From NCBI RefSeq assembly GCF_900232105.1, contig NZ_LT934425.1, forward strand, positions 3,210,001-3,242,000: 32,000 nucleotides of DNA, in the 5' to 3' direction. Source of the stretch: Candidatus Kuenenia stuttgartensis. GTDB taxonomy: Bacteria > Planctomycetota > Brocadiia > Brocadiales > Brocadiaceae. Below, piece after piece: positions 1 to 11,667 of this stretch (position 1 is the first letter of the stretch; every line of letters begins with the position of its first letter). Below the pieces are notes generated by a model, which saw only the letters and a list, made by a program, of their open reading frames with translations, had not been told where the DNA came from and searched no databases. The translations under genes were made by a program, and so were the position numbers.

Positions 1-833
1 TGTCTTCGATGACGGCAAAGAATGCAGATAATGCAGAAGAGGCAAGCCATTTGACGGTCAAGGCAAAATCTTCGGCGGAGGAAGGCCACGAGACGATGAA
101 ATCATTGCAGACAATTATGCGTGAATTGCATGGAGGAAATAATCAAATTCTTGCAATTATCAAGTCGATTGACGAAATAGCGTTCCAGACAAACCTTTTA
201 GCGCTGAATGCCGCAGTAGAGGCCGCAAGGGCCGGTGAACACGGGAAGGGATTTGCCGTGGTTGCGGACGAGGTTCGCAATTTAGCCCAAAGGTGCGCAA
301 CGGCGTCAAAAGAAACGGCAGACCTGATCAATGCGCGTGTACAGAGCAATGACAACGCCTTAAAGATTACCGAGGTGTTTGCAGAAAAGCTGAAGGAAAT
401 AGCAACGGATACGAAGAAGGTTGCAGATTTGATGGGAGAGATCTCAGCGGCTTCAAGGGAACAATCGGAAGGGGTAGGCCAGATAGGAAAAGCTATGACG
501 TCCATAGATAACGTTACCCAACAAAATGCAGCCAATGCAGAACAAATGGCATCCGCCAGCGAAGAACTATCTTCCCAGTCGGTGAATTTAAGAGAAGTCG
601 TGCTCGAACTCGCAGCACAGGTCGGCGGGATACGGGAGGAGGCTATGGAACCGGAGGTTAAGAAAAAAACATCCTTGAAAAAAGAAATCACTTATCACAG
701 AAGACCTGCCCTAGAGGCTTACAAGGCTGGAGGGAGCAAAGGCCGCAAACATGTTCGCAAAAATGATGAGGGGGAATCAGGGAAAAAACCTGAAGATATA
801 ATACCTATGGATGGTGAGTTCAGTGATTTCTGA
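1..833 (+). CDS. Methyl-accepting chemotaxis protein, C-terminal signalling part (5' end outside window)
   Basis: Open frame continues to the window edge upstream of the listed M. Contains the MCP hairpin motif '[42 protein letters not shown]'. Confidence 0.95.
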   Translation, partial: SSMTAKNADNAEEASHLTVKAKSSAEEGHETMKSLQTIMRELHGGNNQILAIIKSIDEIAFQTNLLALNAAVEAARAGEHGKGFAVVADEVRNLAQRCATASKETADLINARVQSNDNALKITEVFAEKLKEIATDTKKVADLMGEISAASREQSEGVGQIGKAMTSIDNVTQQNAANAEQMASASEELSSQSVNLREVVLELAAQVGGIREEAMEPEVKKKTSLKKEITYHRRPALEAYKAGGSKGRKHVRKNDEGESGKKPEDIIPMDGEFSDF

Positions 834-939
834 TTGTGCAGTAAAATGGATATAATCTTCATATTTCGGAAAGGAAAATTTTTTATTGTATGCTTCGCGC
901 AGAGACGTTATATAAACCCGTTGGAAATTTTCGTATAAC

Positions 940-1422
940 ATGAACGACGCCCCTAATATCTACACCGTTGGCGTTGGAGATGCAAAAATAGCACGGGCTC
1001 CTAACCAATTAAAGACATTGCTCGGTTCATGCATCGGAATAGCATTGTACGACCCCATAGTAAAAGTAGGGGGCATCCTTCATATCATGCTGCCCAAAAA
1101 AATAGGGAATGATCAAAAATTAACGAAATATGCTGACCCGGGATTGCCTTTTTTTATCGGACAAATCATCAAAAACGGCGGAGCGTCAAAAAACACCCTC
1201 CTTGCAAAAATATTTGGCGGCGCAAAGATGTTCGAAACCGCCGGGAAGCTCATTAATATTGGCGAAAAAAATGAACATGAAGTGCGCAGGATATTAAAAG
1301 AAGAAGGTATCAAAATTGTAGCGGCAAAAACGGGTGGAACAAAGGGATACAATATAGCGCTTGATACAACCACCGGCAATGTGGAATGCCGCATATTCGG
1401 AGAAGCTGTCTGTATTTATTAA
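940..1422 (+). CDS. cheD: Chemoreceptor glutamine deamidase CheD
   Basis: 'LLGSCIGIALYDPIVKVGGILHIMLP' with the catalytic Cys and His region; lies between MCP and cheC/cheY. Confidence 0.93.
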   Translation: MNDAPNIYTVGVGDAKIARAPNQLKTLLGSCIGIALYDPIVKVGGILHIMLPKKIGNDQKLTKYADPGLPFFIGQIIKNGGASKNTLLAKIFGGAKMFETAGKLINIGEKNEHEVRRILKEEGIKIVAAKTGGTKGYNIALDTTTGNVECRIFGEAVCIY

Positions 1423-1484
1423 GTATATTAATTTTATTATTTTATTTGCGAAAAGATAGCATTTATCAAAAACAAAGGTAAAAA

Positions 1485-2090
1485 ATGGTTATTTCACCGG
1501 AACGCTTACGGATGTTGGAGGTAATAATGAAGCTTTCTATCGACAATGCTTCAAGGGCCCTTTCCAAGACATTAAGGACCGGTGCAAAAATCACTCTCTC
1601 TAAAATCTACATGGCAGATTTTAACGAAGCCACTGAGAAAATGAATACTGACACGAGGGAAATGACCGGCATTATTGTCAATTTTAAAGGCAACTTCGGC
1701 TGTAAAATGCTGTTTATGCTGCCTCTTGAAGGTTCTACAATACTGACGGACTATTATCTCCGTCTACCGGTGGGTACAACAAAAGAGTTTAACACTGATA
1801 CCGAAAGCGTCTCTCAGGAATTGGGGAATATTCTTGCAAGCCATATCAGCAACACGCTGGTTTCAGACTTCGACGCTACATTATTGCCGGAACCGCCGCA
1901 AGTGCATAACGATTATGCGGGAATAATATTTTCAAGTCTTTTGTTGGAACAAGGGATCTATAGCGATCAATTGCTACTTGTTGAAACAATTTTTGAAATC
2001 TGTAAAACAGAAATTATTTGCTATCTTTTCCTCCTGCCTGAATTGGCATCTTTGGGAAAGCTATTAGATGCAATAGGAGAACGTAAATGA
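1485..2090 (+). CDS. cheC: CheC-like chemotaxis phosphatase
   Basis: CheC-like C-terminal motif 'SQELGNILASHISNTL...LLPEPP'; cluster context; stop overlaps the cheY start (ATGA). Confidence 0.75.
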   Translation: MVISPERLRMLEVIMKLSIDNASRALSKTLRTGAKITLSKIYMADFNEATEKMNTDTREMTGIIVNFKGNFGCKMLFMLPLEGSTILTDYYLRLPVGTTKEFNTDTESVSQELGNILASHISNTLVSDFDATLLPEPPQVHNDYAGIIFSSLLLEQGIYSDQLLLVETIFEICKTEIICYLFLLPELASLGKLLDAIGERK

Positions 2091-2452
2091 AACGAATACT
2101 TGTTGTGGATGACGCGAAGGTTGTAAGAATGGTTATCAAACAAATATTGACGCGTAACGACTTTCTGGTGGTCGGAGAGGCGGAAAACGGCAGGGAAGCC
2201 CTTGAAAAATATAAGGAATTAAAACCTGATGCGGTAACCATGGATATCGTAATGCCGGAAGTAGATGGGATCCAGGGGCTGAAGGACATACTCGCTTATG
2301 ATAAAAATGCAAAGGTAGTTATGATTTCGGCAATTGACCAGCGGGACGCATTACAGGCGGCGCTTCTTAACGGAGCATGTGATTTTGTGGTAAAACCATT
2401 TGAAGACGACCGCATGGTATCGTCCTTAAATTCTATACTTGCCAAAGAATAA
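2087..2452 (+). CDS. cheY: CheY-type single-domain response regulator
   Basis: Receiver domain: 'ILVVDDAKVVR', 'DAVTMDIVMPEVDG', 'VMISA', 'KPF'. Confidence 0.93.
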   Translation: MKRILVVDDAKVVRMVIKQILTRNDFLVVGEAENGREALEKYKELKPDAVTMDIVMPEVDGIQGLKDILAYDKNAKVVMISAIDQRDALQAALLNGACDFVVKPFEDDRMVSSLNSILAKE

Positions 2453-2784
2453 ATAAGAGAATCATCTCCCTCCCCAATAATAACAATGTATCATTGAGGC
2501 TGATAAACAAATAAAAATCCATCTACCACAACCGCTTCCCTTTATAAAGGCTTCCGCAACAGATATTCACTATGGCATAAATGCCATTGTTTTTATTATA
2601 ATGGACAGTTTTGTGGTATAAATTCAATATATTTTTTTGTTATTCACATCGCAATCCTTTAACAAAGATACTTCCGTAAAAACCCGCTATCGTATACAGA
2701 AAAGCTGATATTTCATGGCGCATGGCAGCGGCCTGTGTTTCAGATTTAGCTGAACATCCCCATTAACTTTTAAAAAAAAATTGT

Positions 2785-3618
2785 ATGGAAATAGACCTTA
2801 CTGACCAGGAATTTGCCCTATTTCAGAAATTAATTTATGACGAAAGCGGCATCAACCTTTCCCCGGCGAAAAAAGAATTGTTAAAATCCCGCCTGGCAAA
2901 GCGTTTACGCACTCTTTCCCTGAAATCCTTCCGGGAATACCATACCTATGTTACGGAAAGGGATGTTACCGGGAAAGAAATGATTCACATGATTGATTGC
3001 ATTTCAACTAATCTTACTGAATTTTTCAGGGAAATTGCGCATTTTAATTTTTTATCAGAAAAACTCCTTCCGGCATTGCTAAAAAAAAAGAAGAAAATGA
3101 AAGAAAAAAAATTAAGAGTGTGGAGCGCAGGATGTTCAACCGGGGAGGAACCTTACAGTCTTTCTATGGTTTTTAATGAACGTATCGAACAAATAGACAA
3201 ATGGGACGTAAAAATATTGGCGACAGACCTTTCTACCAGGGTATTGGAAAAGGCAAAAAAGGGATTGTATCATAAAGACCGCTTAAAAAGCATAAACGCC
3301 CAGTGGTTACAGACATATTTTAAAAAAGGCAGCGATAACTTTGAAGACTACTATCAGGTGAAGGACGTATTGAAAAATATTATTGTGTTTAGAAGGTTTA
3401 ACTTAATGGAACAAACCTTTCCCTTTAAGGGACAGTTTGATTTTATATTTTGCAGAAACGTTATGATTTATTTTAACAAGCAAACACAAACCGAACTTAT
3501 TTCAAAGTATTACAAACACCTTGCACCTGAAGGCCATCTTTTCATCGGCCATTCCGAAAGCCTGGCAGGCACAAACAGCAAATTCAACTATGTTATTCCA
3601 ACGGTATATCAGAAATAA
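2785..3618 (+). CDS. cheR: Chemotaxis protein methyltransferase CheR
   Basis: 'TNLTEFFREIAHF', 'RVWSAGCSTGEEPYSLSM', 'FDFIFCRNVMIYF', 'LFIGHSESL'. Confidence 0.95.
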   Translation: MEIDLTDQEFALFQKLIYDESGINLSPAKKELLKSRLAKRLRTLSLKSFREYHTYVTERDVTGKEMIHMIDCISTNLTEFFREIAHFNFLSEKLLPALLKKKKKMKEKKLRVWSAGCSTGEEPYSLSMVFNERIEQIDKWDVKILATDLSTRVLEKAKKGLYHKDRLKSINAQWLQTYFKKGSDNFEDYYQVKDVLKNIIVFRRFNLMEQTFPFKGQFDFIFCRNVMIYFNKQTQTELISKYYKHLAPEGHLFIGHSESLAGTNSKFNYVIPTVYQK

Positions 3619-3650
3619 TATTGGTGTATTTATGAAAAACACCTTTTTAA

Positions 3651-6092
<2,442 letters not shown>

Positions 6093-6247
6093 AGTTCAAC
6101 GTTTGGTACTTTATCAGTAATTTCTTTGCACTTTTTGGCAAAATATTCGTAACTATTCAGCATGAATGATACACACTGAATAGTTACGAAATGGCTCTAT
6201 TATACAGACTTCGTCAGGAATCCCTAATAAAAACAACTATTCCATGT

Positions 6248-7306
6248 TTAAAAATTCCACACAACCGAAGCCATTATCCGCCAATCCACTACCTGCTGAA
6301 TGCCTCTTACATGCTGATATAGCGGATACTGAAATTTCAAGTCGGTGCTGCATCCCGTCTTAGGGATTTTTACATTAACAAGGGGTGTAACGTAAAATGC
6401 TGTGATACCCGTGTTGTCAGGATTGTCAAGCAGAGACGTTTCAGGTCTTGAGAAATTATTATCATGGTCATTGTTACTGCCTGTGTGAAGTCCGTTTAAT
6501 TCAAGCCCGGGGCTGATATATTTATTCACAGGATATCTTGCAGAAATATCTAATGAAATCTGATCGCCAAACTCGTAACCTTCGTCTCCTGCCGTTGTAA
6601 GCTGGTAGAGCAGATTCCCTTGCAAAACAAAGGGGGAAAATTCACGCATATAATTAACAAGGAAAAGAGGATCCCATGAGCCTGTTCCCAATTGCATCAT
6701 AGCATGCACACGATTGCCGGAATCGGTATTTTCGTCATTTTTACCGGTAGGAGTTTTTAGTCCAAACCCGACCATAAGCCTCTCTGCAGGGCGATCAATC
6801 TCATTTTCACGCAGGGAGTATAATCCCATAATGGATATATCACCAAGCCCTTCAACAGTTTCCATCTCCATTTTCATATCCATGTCCATAAAATGTTCCC
6901 CGTCCATTTGATGCCGCATCCGCATTTTCATGTCCATATCATTGATAAGATAGGGAACGGAAACAAGAAACTGTAATCGGTCTGTGGCTGCATATGAACC
7001 GGTAATCGTGTATTTCTGCATAATCATTCTCGTAGGTATTGTAAAACTTTTTGACCCTTCAGGCATATCAGGCCACTCAGAAGCAACCTTATCCAATAAT
7101 GTGTTGCTGCCGATACGACTGTCACCGTCCCTTATTGTCTCCATTTTCGTATAGACATACTGAAGTGACAACCCAAATTTATCTCCAAAAGTTACTTCCG
7201 AAATTGTTGAGCCTGAAAGGCTGCATGCAAGGCCGCATTCGCCTAAAGCAAATACCGCCCTGTTGACAAATAATAAAAACAAAGCCATCGTTATTAGAAT
7301 TCTCAT
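6248..7306 (-). CDS. Outer-membrane beta-barrel (transporter-like) protein with a methionine-rich segment; start moved from 7396 to 7306
   Basis: The Met at 7306 begins a signal peptide 'MRILITMALFLLFVNRAVFA'. Alternating amphipathic strands; ends in 'VWNF' (terminal Phe). Contains 'MDMKMRMRHQMDGEHFMDMDMKMEME'. Confidence 0.65.
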   Translation of the reverse strand: MRILITMALFLLFVNRAVFALGECGLACSLSGSTISEVTFGDKFGLSLQYVYTKMETIRDGDSRIGSNTLLDKVASEWPDMPEGSKSFTIPTRMIMQKYTITGSYAATDRLQFLVSVPYLINDMDMKMRMRHQMDGEHFMDMDMKMEMETVEGLGDISIMGLYSLRENEIDRPAERLMVGFGLKTPTGKNDENTDSGNRVHAMMQLGTGSWDPLFLVNYMREFSPFVLQGNLLYQLTTAGDEGYEFGDQISLDISARYPVNKYISPGLELNGLHTGSNNDHDNNFSRPETSLLDNPDNTGITAFYVTPLVNVKIPKTGCSTDLKFQYPLYQHVRGIQQVVDWRIMASVVWNF

Positions 7307-7420
7307 ACAACAGACCCTTTCCTGAGAATAGAAAAACAAGATAAAGACAGTGGAGGGACAGGTTTTAAGTCTGTCCCTCCACCAGAACCATAACATTAAA
7401 AAATTATGTAAAAAGCATCA

Positions 7421-8269
7421 TTAATGATTATGTCCGCTATGGTCTTCATGCTCTCCATCGTCTTTATCTTTTTTACCACCTTTTCCATTCTTCCCTTCTG
7501 CAGGCCAATATCCGTCTACCGGCAGGTATTCATCAATTGCCTCATCTGAAGGATACACACTGATCTCAAATCCTCCATCGCACCCCTCAGGAAGGGGATT
7601 GTTTTCAAGGTCTCTTACTACCTTAAGGTACGGCCAAAAGCCAACGGAAACGACGTCTTCGTCATCAAACTTTTTCGTTAAACGGCCAATCCAGATATCG
7701 GCACGGTCGGTATCGTCTGTGGATTTGGTACAATAATTGGCAATGGCAATGTATACGGTAAGCGCTGTTGCGCAGGAATCCGGTTTGAATGTAGGAAAGG
7801 TTGCGCTCCATGGAATAACCCCCAGATAACCATCCTTCAGATTCCCATTTGTAAATACAAAAGCCCTGACGTCTTCTGTTTTTTCAGTACCATGCGAGGT
7901 AAATGCCGGGACAGATCCCTCCAGTGTTTTTATTTTTTTAAAAAGACTGTTTACCGCAGGTTTCGCGCCCATGACAGGATTGCCTTCTATATGATCGTGA
8001 AGATTAACCGACTCTTCTGTATCAGATCGCTCGGCAATAGAATCCGCACCATTGGGGAAAACAACACTTTGCGCCCGTATGGATTGTCCGTCGCACCCGT
8101 GAGTTATACTAAAATAATTAAGGCTGGTCGTTCCTTCAAGTTCATCACGGGAATTGTAACTATCCGGGGTATTTTTCGACATGACCGTTGTATGGGCAAT
8201 AGCATTCCCCGAAATAATCATTGCCCCTAAAAATGAGATAATGGGAATATATCTTTTAGGTTGTAACAT
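7421..8269 (-). CDS. Secreted protein with YcnI-like 'THGCDG' region and His-rich C-terminus
   Basis: Signal peptide 'IPIISFLGAMIISGNAIA'; 'FSITHGCDGQSIRAQSVVFP'; tail 'KDKKDDGEHEDHSGHNH'. Confidence 0.55.
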   Translation of the reverse strand: MLQPKRYIPIISFLGAMIISGNAIAHTTVMSKNTPDSYNSRDELEGTTSLNYFSITHGCDGQSIRAQSVVFPNGADSIAERSDTEESVNLHDHIEGNPVMGAKPAVNSLFKKIKTLEGSVPAFTSHGTEKTEDVRAFVFTNGNLKDGYLGVIPWSATFPTFKPDSCATALTVYIAIANYCTKSTDDTDRADIWIGRLTKKFDDEDVVSVGFWPYLKVVRDLENNPLPEGCDGGFEISVYPSDEAIDEYLPVDGYWPAEGKNGKGGKKDKDDGEHEDHSGHNH

Positions 8270-8478
8270 ATGTTATTTTCTCCTGTTTTTAAAATGAGTA
8301 TAATTCGAATGCATCAGGCTTTCATGCCTGATACTGACAAAATATAAGGCAGAAAACAGGCCGTCGCAGCCAAAAACATATGATGGGGTGCTCTGGTGTG
8401 CAAACACTATCTCTGTTCATCTGCCGCATCTTATTTTATCGAAGGGTATATTGTTTTGTGTTGTAACAAAAGGTGGAT

Positions 8479-8919
8479 TTATGAGAGGTAACGCGGTGGC
8501 TTTTCAGGAGGCGAAACTACAGGTTCGCATGGTTGAATGAATGGGTCATTGCAGAGAAAACATAAAAATGCCAATCGGTAGTCTGTTGCAGGGTCTTCCA
8601 GTATGTATTTAAGATTGCCCTTTATAAAAGCCAGTGTATCGCTTCCCGATTTACATTGTATACTGCTTATGAAAGAATGAAATCCGTTTTTCTGTTGCTT
8701 TGCATCATTTTGTGACACTAAACGGTCTCCGGCAGGAAAACAACAGCAATTTGTCCTGCAATCCGCTTCGGATTTGCAGCCACATTCATGATCCATACAC
8801 GAAAATGCAACCTGCTTTTTCGGAGGGTTAATAACAATGCCGGCGCTGCATAACGCCAAAAACACCATAATCAGTATCTGAAAACAGGCGATACTATTTC
8901 TGATTCTGTTCATTCTCAT
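8479..8919 (-). CDS. Small Cys-rich secreted or membrane-anchored protein, unknown function
   Basis: Hydrophobic N-terminus followed by 'CMDHECGCKSEADCRTNCCCFPAG'; co-oriented with the two metal-ligand-rich genes downstream. Confidence 0.55.
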   Translation of the reverse strand: MRMNRIRNSIACFQILIMVFLALCSAGIVINPPKKQVAFSCMDHECGCKSEADCRTNCCCFPAGDRLVSQNDAKQQKNGFHSFISSIQCKSGSDTLAFIKGNLKYILEDPATDYRLAFLCFLCNDPFIQPCEPVVSPPEKPPRYLS

Positions 8920-9284
8920 AATTGATAGAATTGAGTTTTATCCTTTACAGAAAAGGCACATTTTATTCCCGGAAGACAACATTTACAAGCATATTATCTT
9001 GCGGTAAATCAGTCGCCGTTGACGGAAGATTTTTCCTGCATTGGTGTTTTTCAAAAAAACGAAACCGTTTACATGTTTTCAAACGGGGATTGTCGCATAA
9101 AAAATGGTGCAATATTTCCTTTGATATAATACGGGTAACGAATAAAATAGAGCCTGTTAATAAATGGTGAAATCCGAAACACTAAATCCGAAGCAAATTC
9201 TAATGACAAAATGATTTGAAATTCTAAACAAGTGCACCTTTAGTATCTCGCGTCTCGTGCTTCATATTGTTGCCTGCCTGTGCG

Positions 9285-9387
9285 TGATTGCACGCAGACA
9301 GGTATGTTTTGGATTTGTTTTGAATTTTATGCTTTGTTATTCGGATTTGTTTCGTACTTCGTATTTCGTATTTTTTATTTCCTGTTT
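9285..9387 (+). repeat. Dispersed repeat, copy 1
   Basis: tgattgcacgcag...gaattttatgctttgttattcggatttgtttcg...tattttttatttc; partner at 25081. Confidence 0.85.
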
Positions 9388-9506
9388 GTTTGGTTCTGGC
9401 TATGCCAGTTTAGGAAAGGCAGTATGATATGGCAGGTTTATTCCGAAGGGGAACGATGGTTTCCGATGAAAGAGAAAAAAATAGTAAATCAAAAAAGGAG
9501 GTTGGG

Positions 9507-9890
9507 ATGGGAGAGGGAAATATAACGTATTTGACGCCGGATGCGGAGTTCAGGGGTACTATTAAGTTTACCAGAACGCTAAAAATTGACGGAAAATTTG
9601 ACGGAGAGATGTTAACAGACGAAGGAGAGGTTATTGTCGGAAGCACCGGCGTTGTCAAGGCGAATGTTAAGGTGAAGAATGCCATTGTCGAGGGGCAAGT
9701 GGACGGAAATATTATCGCTTCTGAAAGGGTTGAACTTAGGAAAAACGCAAAATTAATGGGGGATTTGCAGGCGAAAACGCTTGTAATTGACGAAGGCGTT
9801 ATATTTGTCGGCAAATGCAGCGTACATCCTGAAGGATTTACGGAGAGGCCTAAAATGAACGAAAACAAGACGGCAGGTAAAGCCCTGTAG
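9507..9890 (+). CDS. Bactofilin; start refined from 9429 to 9507
   Basis: Right-handed beta-helix repeats 'GTIKFTRTLKIDGKFDGEMLTDEGEVIVGSTGVVKANVKVKNAIVEGQVDGNI'; AGGAGG just upstream of the ATG at 9507. Confidence 0.85.
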   Translation: MGEGNITYLTPDAEFRGTIKFTRTLKIDGKFDGEMLTDEGEVIVGSTGVVKANVKVKNAIVEGQVDGNIIASERVELRKNAKLMGDLQAKTLVIDEGVIFVGKCSVHPEGFTERPKMNENKTAGKAL

Positions 9891-9898
9891 GCTGGAGG

Positions 9899-9936
9899 TA
9901 CGAAGTACGATTTAAAATCTAAAATCGTACTTCGTA
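9899..9936. repeat. Perfect 15-bp inverted repeat with 8-nt loop
   Basis: TACGAAGTACGATTT aaaatcta AAATCGTACTTCGTA. Confidence 0.9.
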
Positions 9937-10003
9937 AATCTAAAAGTAACGAGGTTTTTACAGAGCATGCGATATCCCCCTTATTTGTGGTATTTTTAAT
10001 CTG

Positions 10004-10555
10004 ATGAAGTTTAAAAACAATGAAGTGCCTGATGTTATCGAAATAACATGCCCCTATTGCAAGGGCTGTCTTACCGTATCGGTTTATTGCGAGTCGATAC
10101 TATGCAGCCATTGTAGCCGGCATGTCAATGTGAAAGAAATCCTTTCCCCTTCCCAAAAAGCAAAAAGCACAACTGTTGGGAAAAGAGAGGTTTTTTGTTT
10201 TAAGTGCGGGAAGGGAATTTATGCAGATAAAAACGCGCAGGCGGTATCATGTATTTATTGTTATAACCGAAATGAACTGAGCGATTACAAGGTAAAATCG
10301 ATTTTAGGAAGAAATCTTCAGACTCACGGTACGTTGTATTTAAAGAAAAAAGGAACGATAGAGATATCAAATATTTTGGTTGGGAATGCCTTTATCGATG
10401 GCAAAATAAACGGCGACCTCACCGCAATGGGCGCGGTGGAAATTTTAAAACATGGAGAAGTTCATGGCACAATAACCTGCCGTAAATTAATAGTAAAAAA
10501 AGGCGGTATTTTTGAAGGAAGTGTACGAATGTTGCAAGGCGAGGCAAGGCCTTAA
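10004..10555 (+). CDS. Bactofilin-domain protein with two N-terminal zinc-ribbon-like CxxC pairs
   Basis: 'CPYCKG...CSHC', 'CFKCGK...CIYC', then bactofilin-like 'GTLYLKKKGTIEISNILVGNAFIDGKINGDLTAMGAVEILKHGEVHGTITCRKLIV'. Confidence 0.75.
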   Translation: MKFKNNEVPDVIEITCPYCKGCLTVSVYCESILCSHCSRHVNVKEILSPSQKAKSTTVGKREVFCFKCGKGIYADKNAQAVSCIYCYNRNELSDYKVKSILGRNLQTHGTLYLKKKGTIEISNILVGNAFIDGKINGDLTAMGAVEILKHGEVHGTITCRKLIVKKGGIFEGSVRMLQGEARP

Positions 10556-10620
10556 CCAATCGGCAATCGGTAGTCCTCAATCTGCAAATTGCCGACTACC
10601 GACTAACGACTGCTATCGGG
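10556..10620. repeat. Heptad foldback repeat, copy A
   Basis: caatcggcaatcggtagtcctcaatctgcaaattgccgactaccgactaacgac. Confidence 0.8.
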
Positions 10621-10666
10621 CAAGTTTCGTATTGTACTGCTGCTGGAATTTGAAGAGGGAGGCGTT

Positions 10667-11308
10667 GTGGAAAAAGAAGTTGCCGTACTCTATAAATGGG
10701 CGTCTGTACTTGCCCTTATTACTATATTTTATAATATTGCGGAAGGCGGCGTTTCTGTTGGTTTTGGGCTCGGAGATGAGACTGTTTCACTTTTTGGTTT
10801 TGGATTAGATTCATTTGTGGAAGTGATTTCAGGCGTAGGCATCTGGCATATGGTGAGGAGGCAGCGGAAGAACCCTGCTGCGGTACCTGATATATTTGAA
10901 CGACAAGCGCTCCGGATAACGGGTTTTGCCTTTTATTTGCTTACGTTTGGGCTTGCAGGTACTGCCATAGTAAATATTTTTACCCATCATCATCCGGAAA
11001 CTACGTTTTGGGGTATTATTATCGCAGCAGTCTCTATTGTCACCATGTGGATATTGATTCATTATAAGGTGAAAATTGGCAAGGCGCTTCGCTCTCCGGC
11101 GATATTAGCCGATGCAAATTGTACAAAAACGTGTGTATATCTTTCCTTTGCGCTCCTTTTTGCGAGCATCGGTTATGAACTTACCGGTATAGGCTGGTTT
11201 GACTCAATTGGTGCGGTAGTGATCGCAGGTTTTTCCTGGAAGGAGGGTCGGGAATCATTTTTGAAGGCAAAGGGTATCGGATGTAAGTGCCAGACAAATT
11301 GCCCCTGA
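10667..11308 (+). CDS. Cation diffusion facilitator-like (CDF family) membrane protein
   Basis: Six-TM-like protein: 'LALITIFYNIAEGGVSVGFGLGDETVSLFGFGLDSFVEVISG', 'ADANCTKTCVYLS', 'GWFDSIGAVVIAGFSWKEG'. Confidence 0.65.
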   Translation: MEKEVAVLYKWASVLALITIFYNIAEGGVSVGFGLGDETVSLFGFGLDSFVEVISGVGIWHMVRRQRKNPAAVPDIFERQALRITGFAFYLLTFGLAGTAIVNIFTHHHPETTFWGIIIAAVSIVTMWILIHYKVKIGKALRSPAILADANCTKTCVYLSFALLFASIGYELTGIGWFDSIGAVVIAGFSWKEGRESFLKAKGIGCKCQTNCP

Positions 11309-11428
11309 ACATTTATACTCAGACGGTTCACCATTTGTGGTATAGCTAAAAGCACCTATTTTTAGAGTAATTTCAGAACTCCTGAATTTAGAGTTTGAGA
11401 GCATTATTATTTTGTTGAGGCGATTGTT

Positions 11429-11653
11429 ATGCGGACAGAATATATTCACAAAGCAATGGATATGGCGAAGTACGGGATAATTGAAGATAACCATACATAC
11501 TGGGGAGAGATGCCATGTTTTAAGGGGGTATGAGGCAGGGCAAAGACGCTTGAAGAATGCCGTGAGGAATTGCGGGAAACCCTCGAAGAATGGATTGTAT
11601 TCAGGTTAAAAAATCAACTTGAACTGCCTGAAATTGGTCGCAAAATTGATTAA
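11429..11653 (+). pseudogene. HicB-like antitoxin pseudogene with one in-frame TGA
   Basis: Translation: MRTEYIHKAMDMAKYGIIEDNHTYWGEMPCFKGV*GRAKTLEECREELRETLEEWIVFRLKNQLELPEIGRKID. It matches the HicB fold and motifs, with the stop where this family usually has Trp. Confidence 0.7.
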
Positions 11654-11667
11654 TAATATGGATAAGG

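Noticed and set aside
8922-9170. 82-aa + ORF
   Set aside because: No domain signature; lies in the probable upstream regulatory region of the Cys-rich gene.
9280-9525. 81-aa ORF beginning in the 9285 repeat
   Set aside because: Aromatic-rich translation of heptad repeat DNA overlapping the bactofilin leader.
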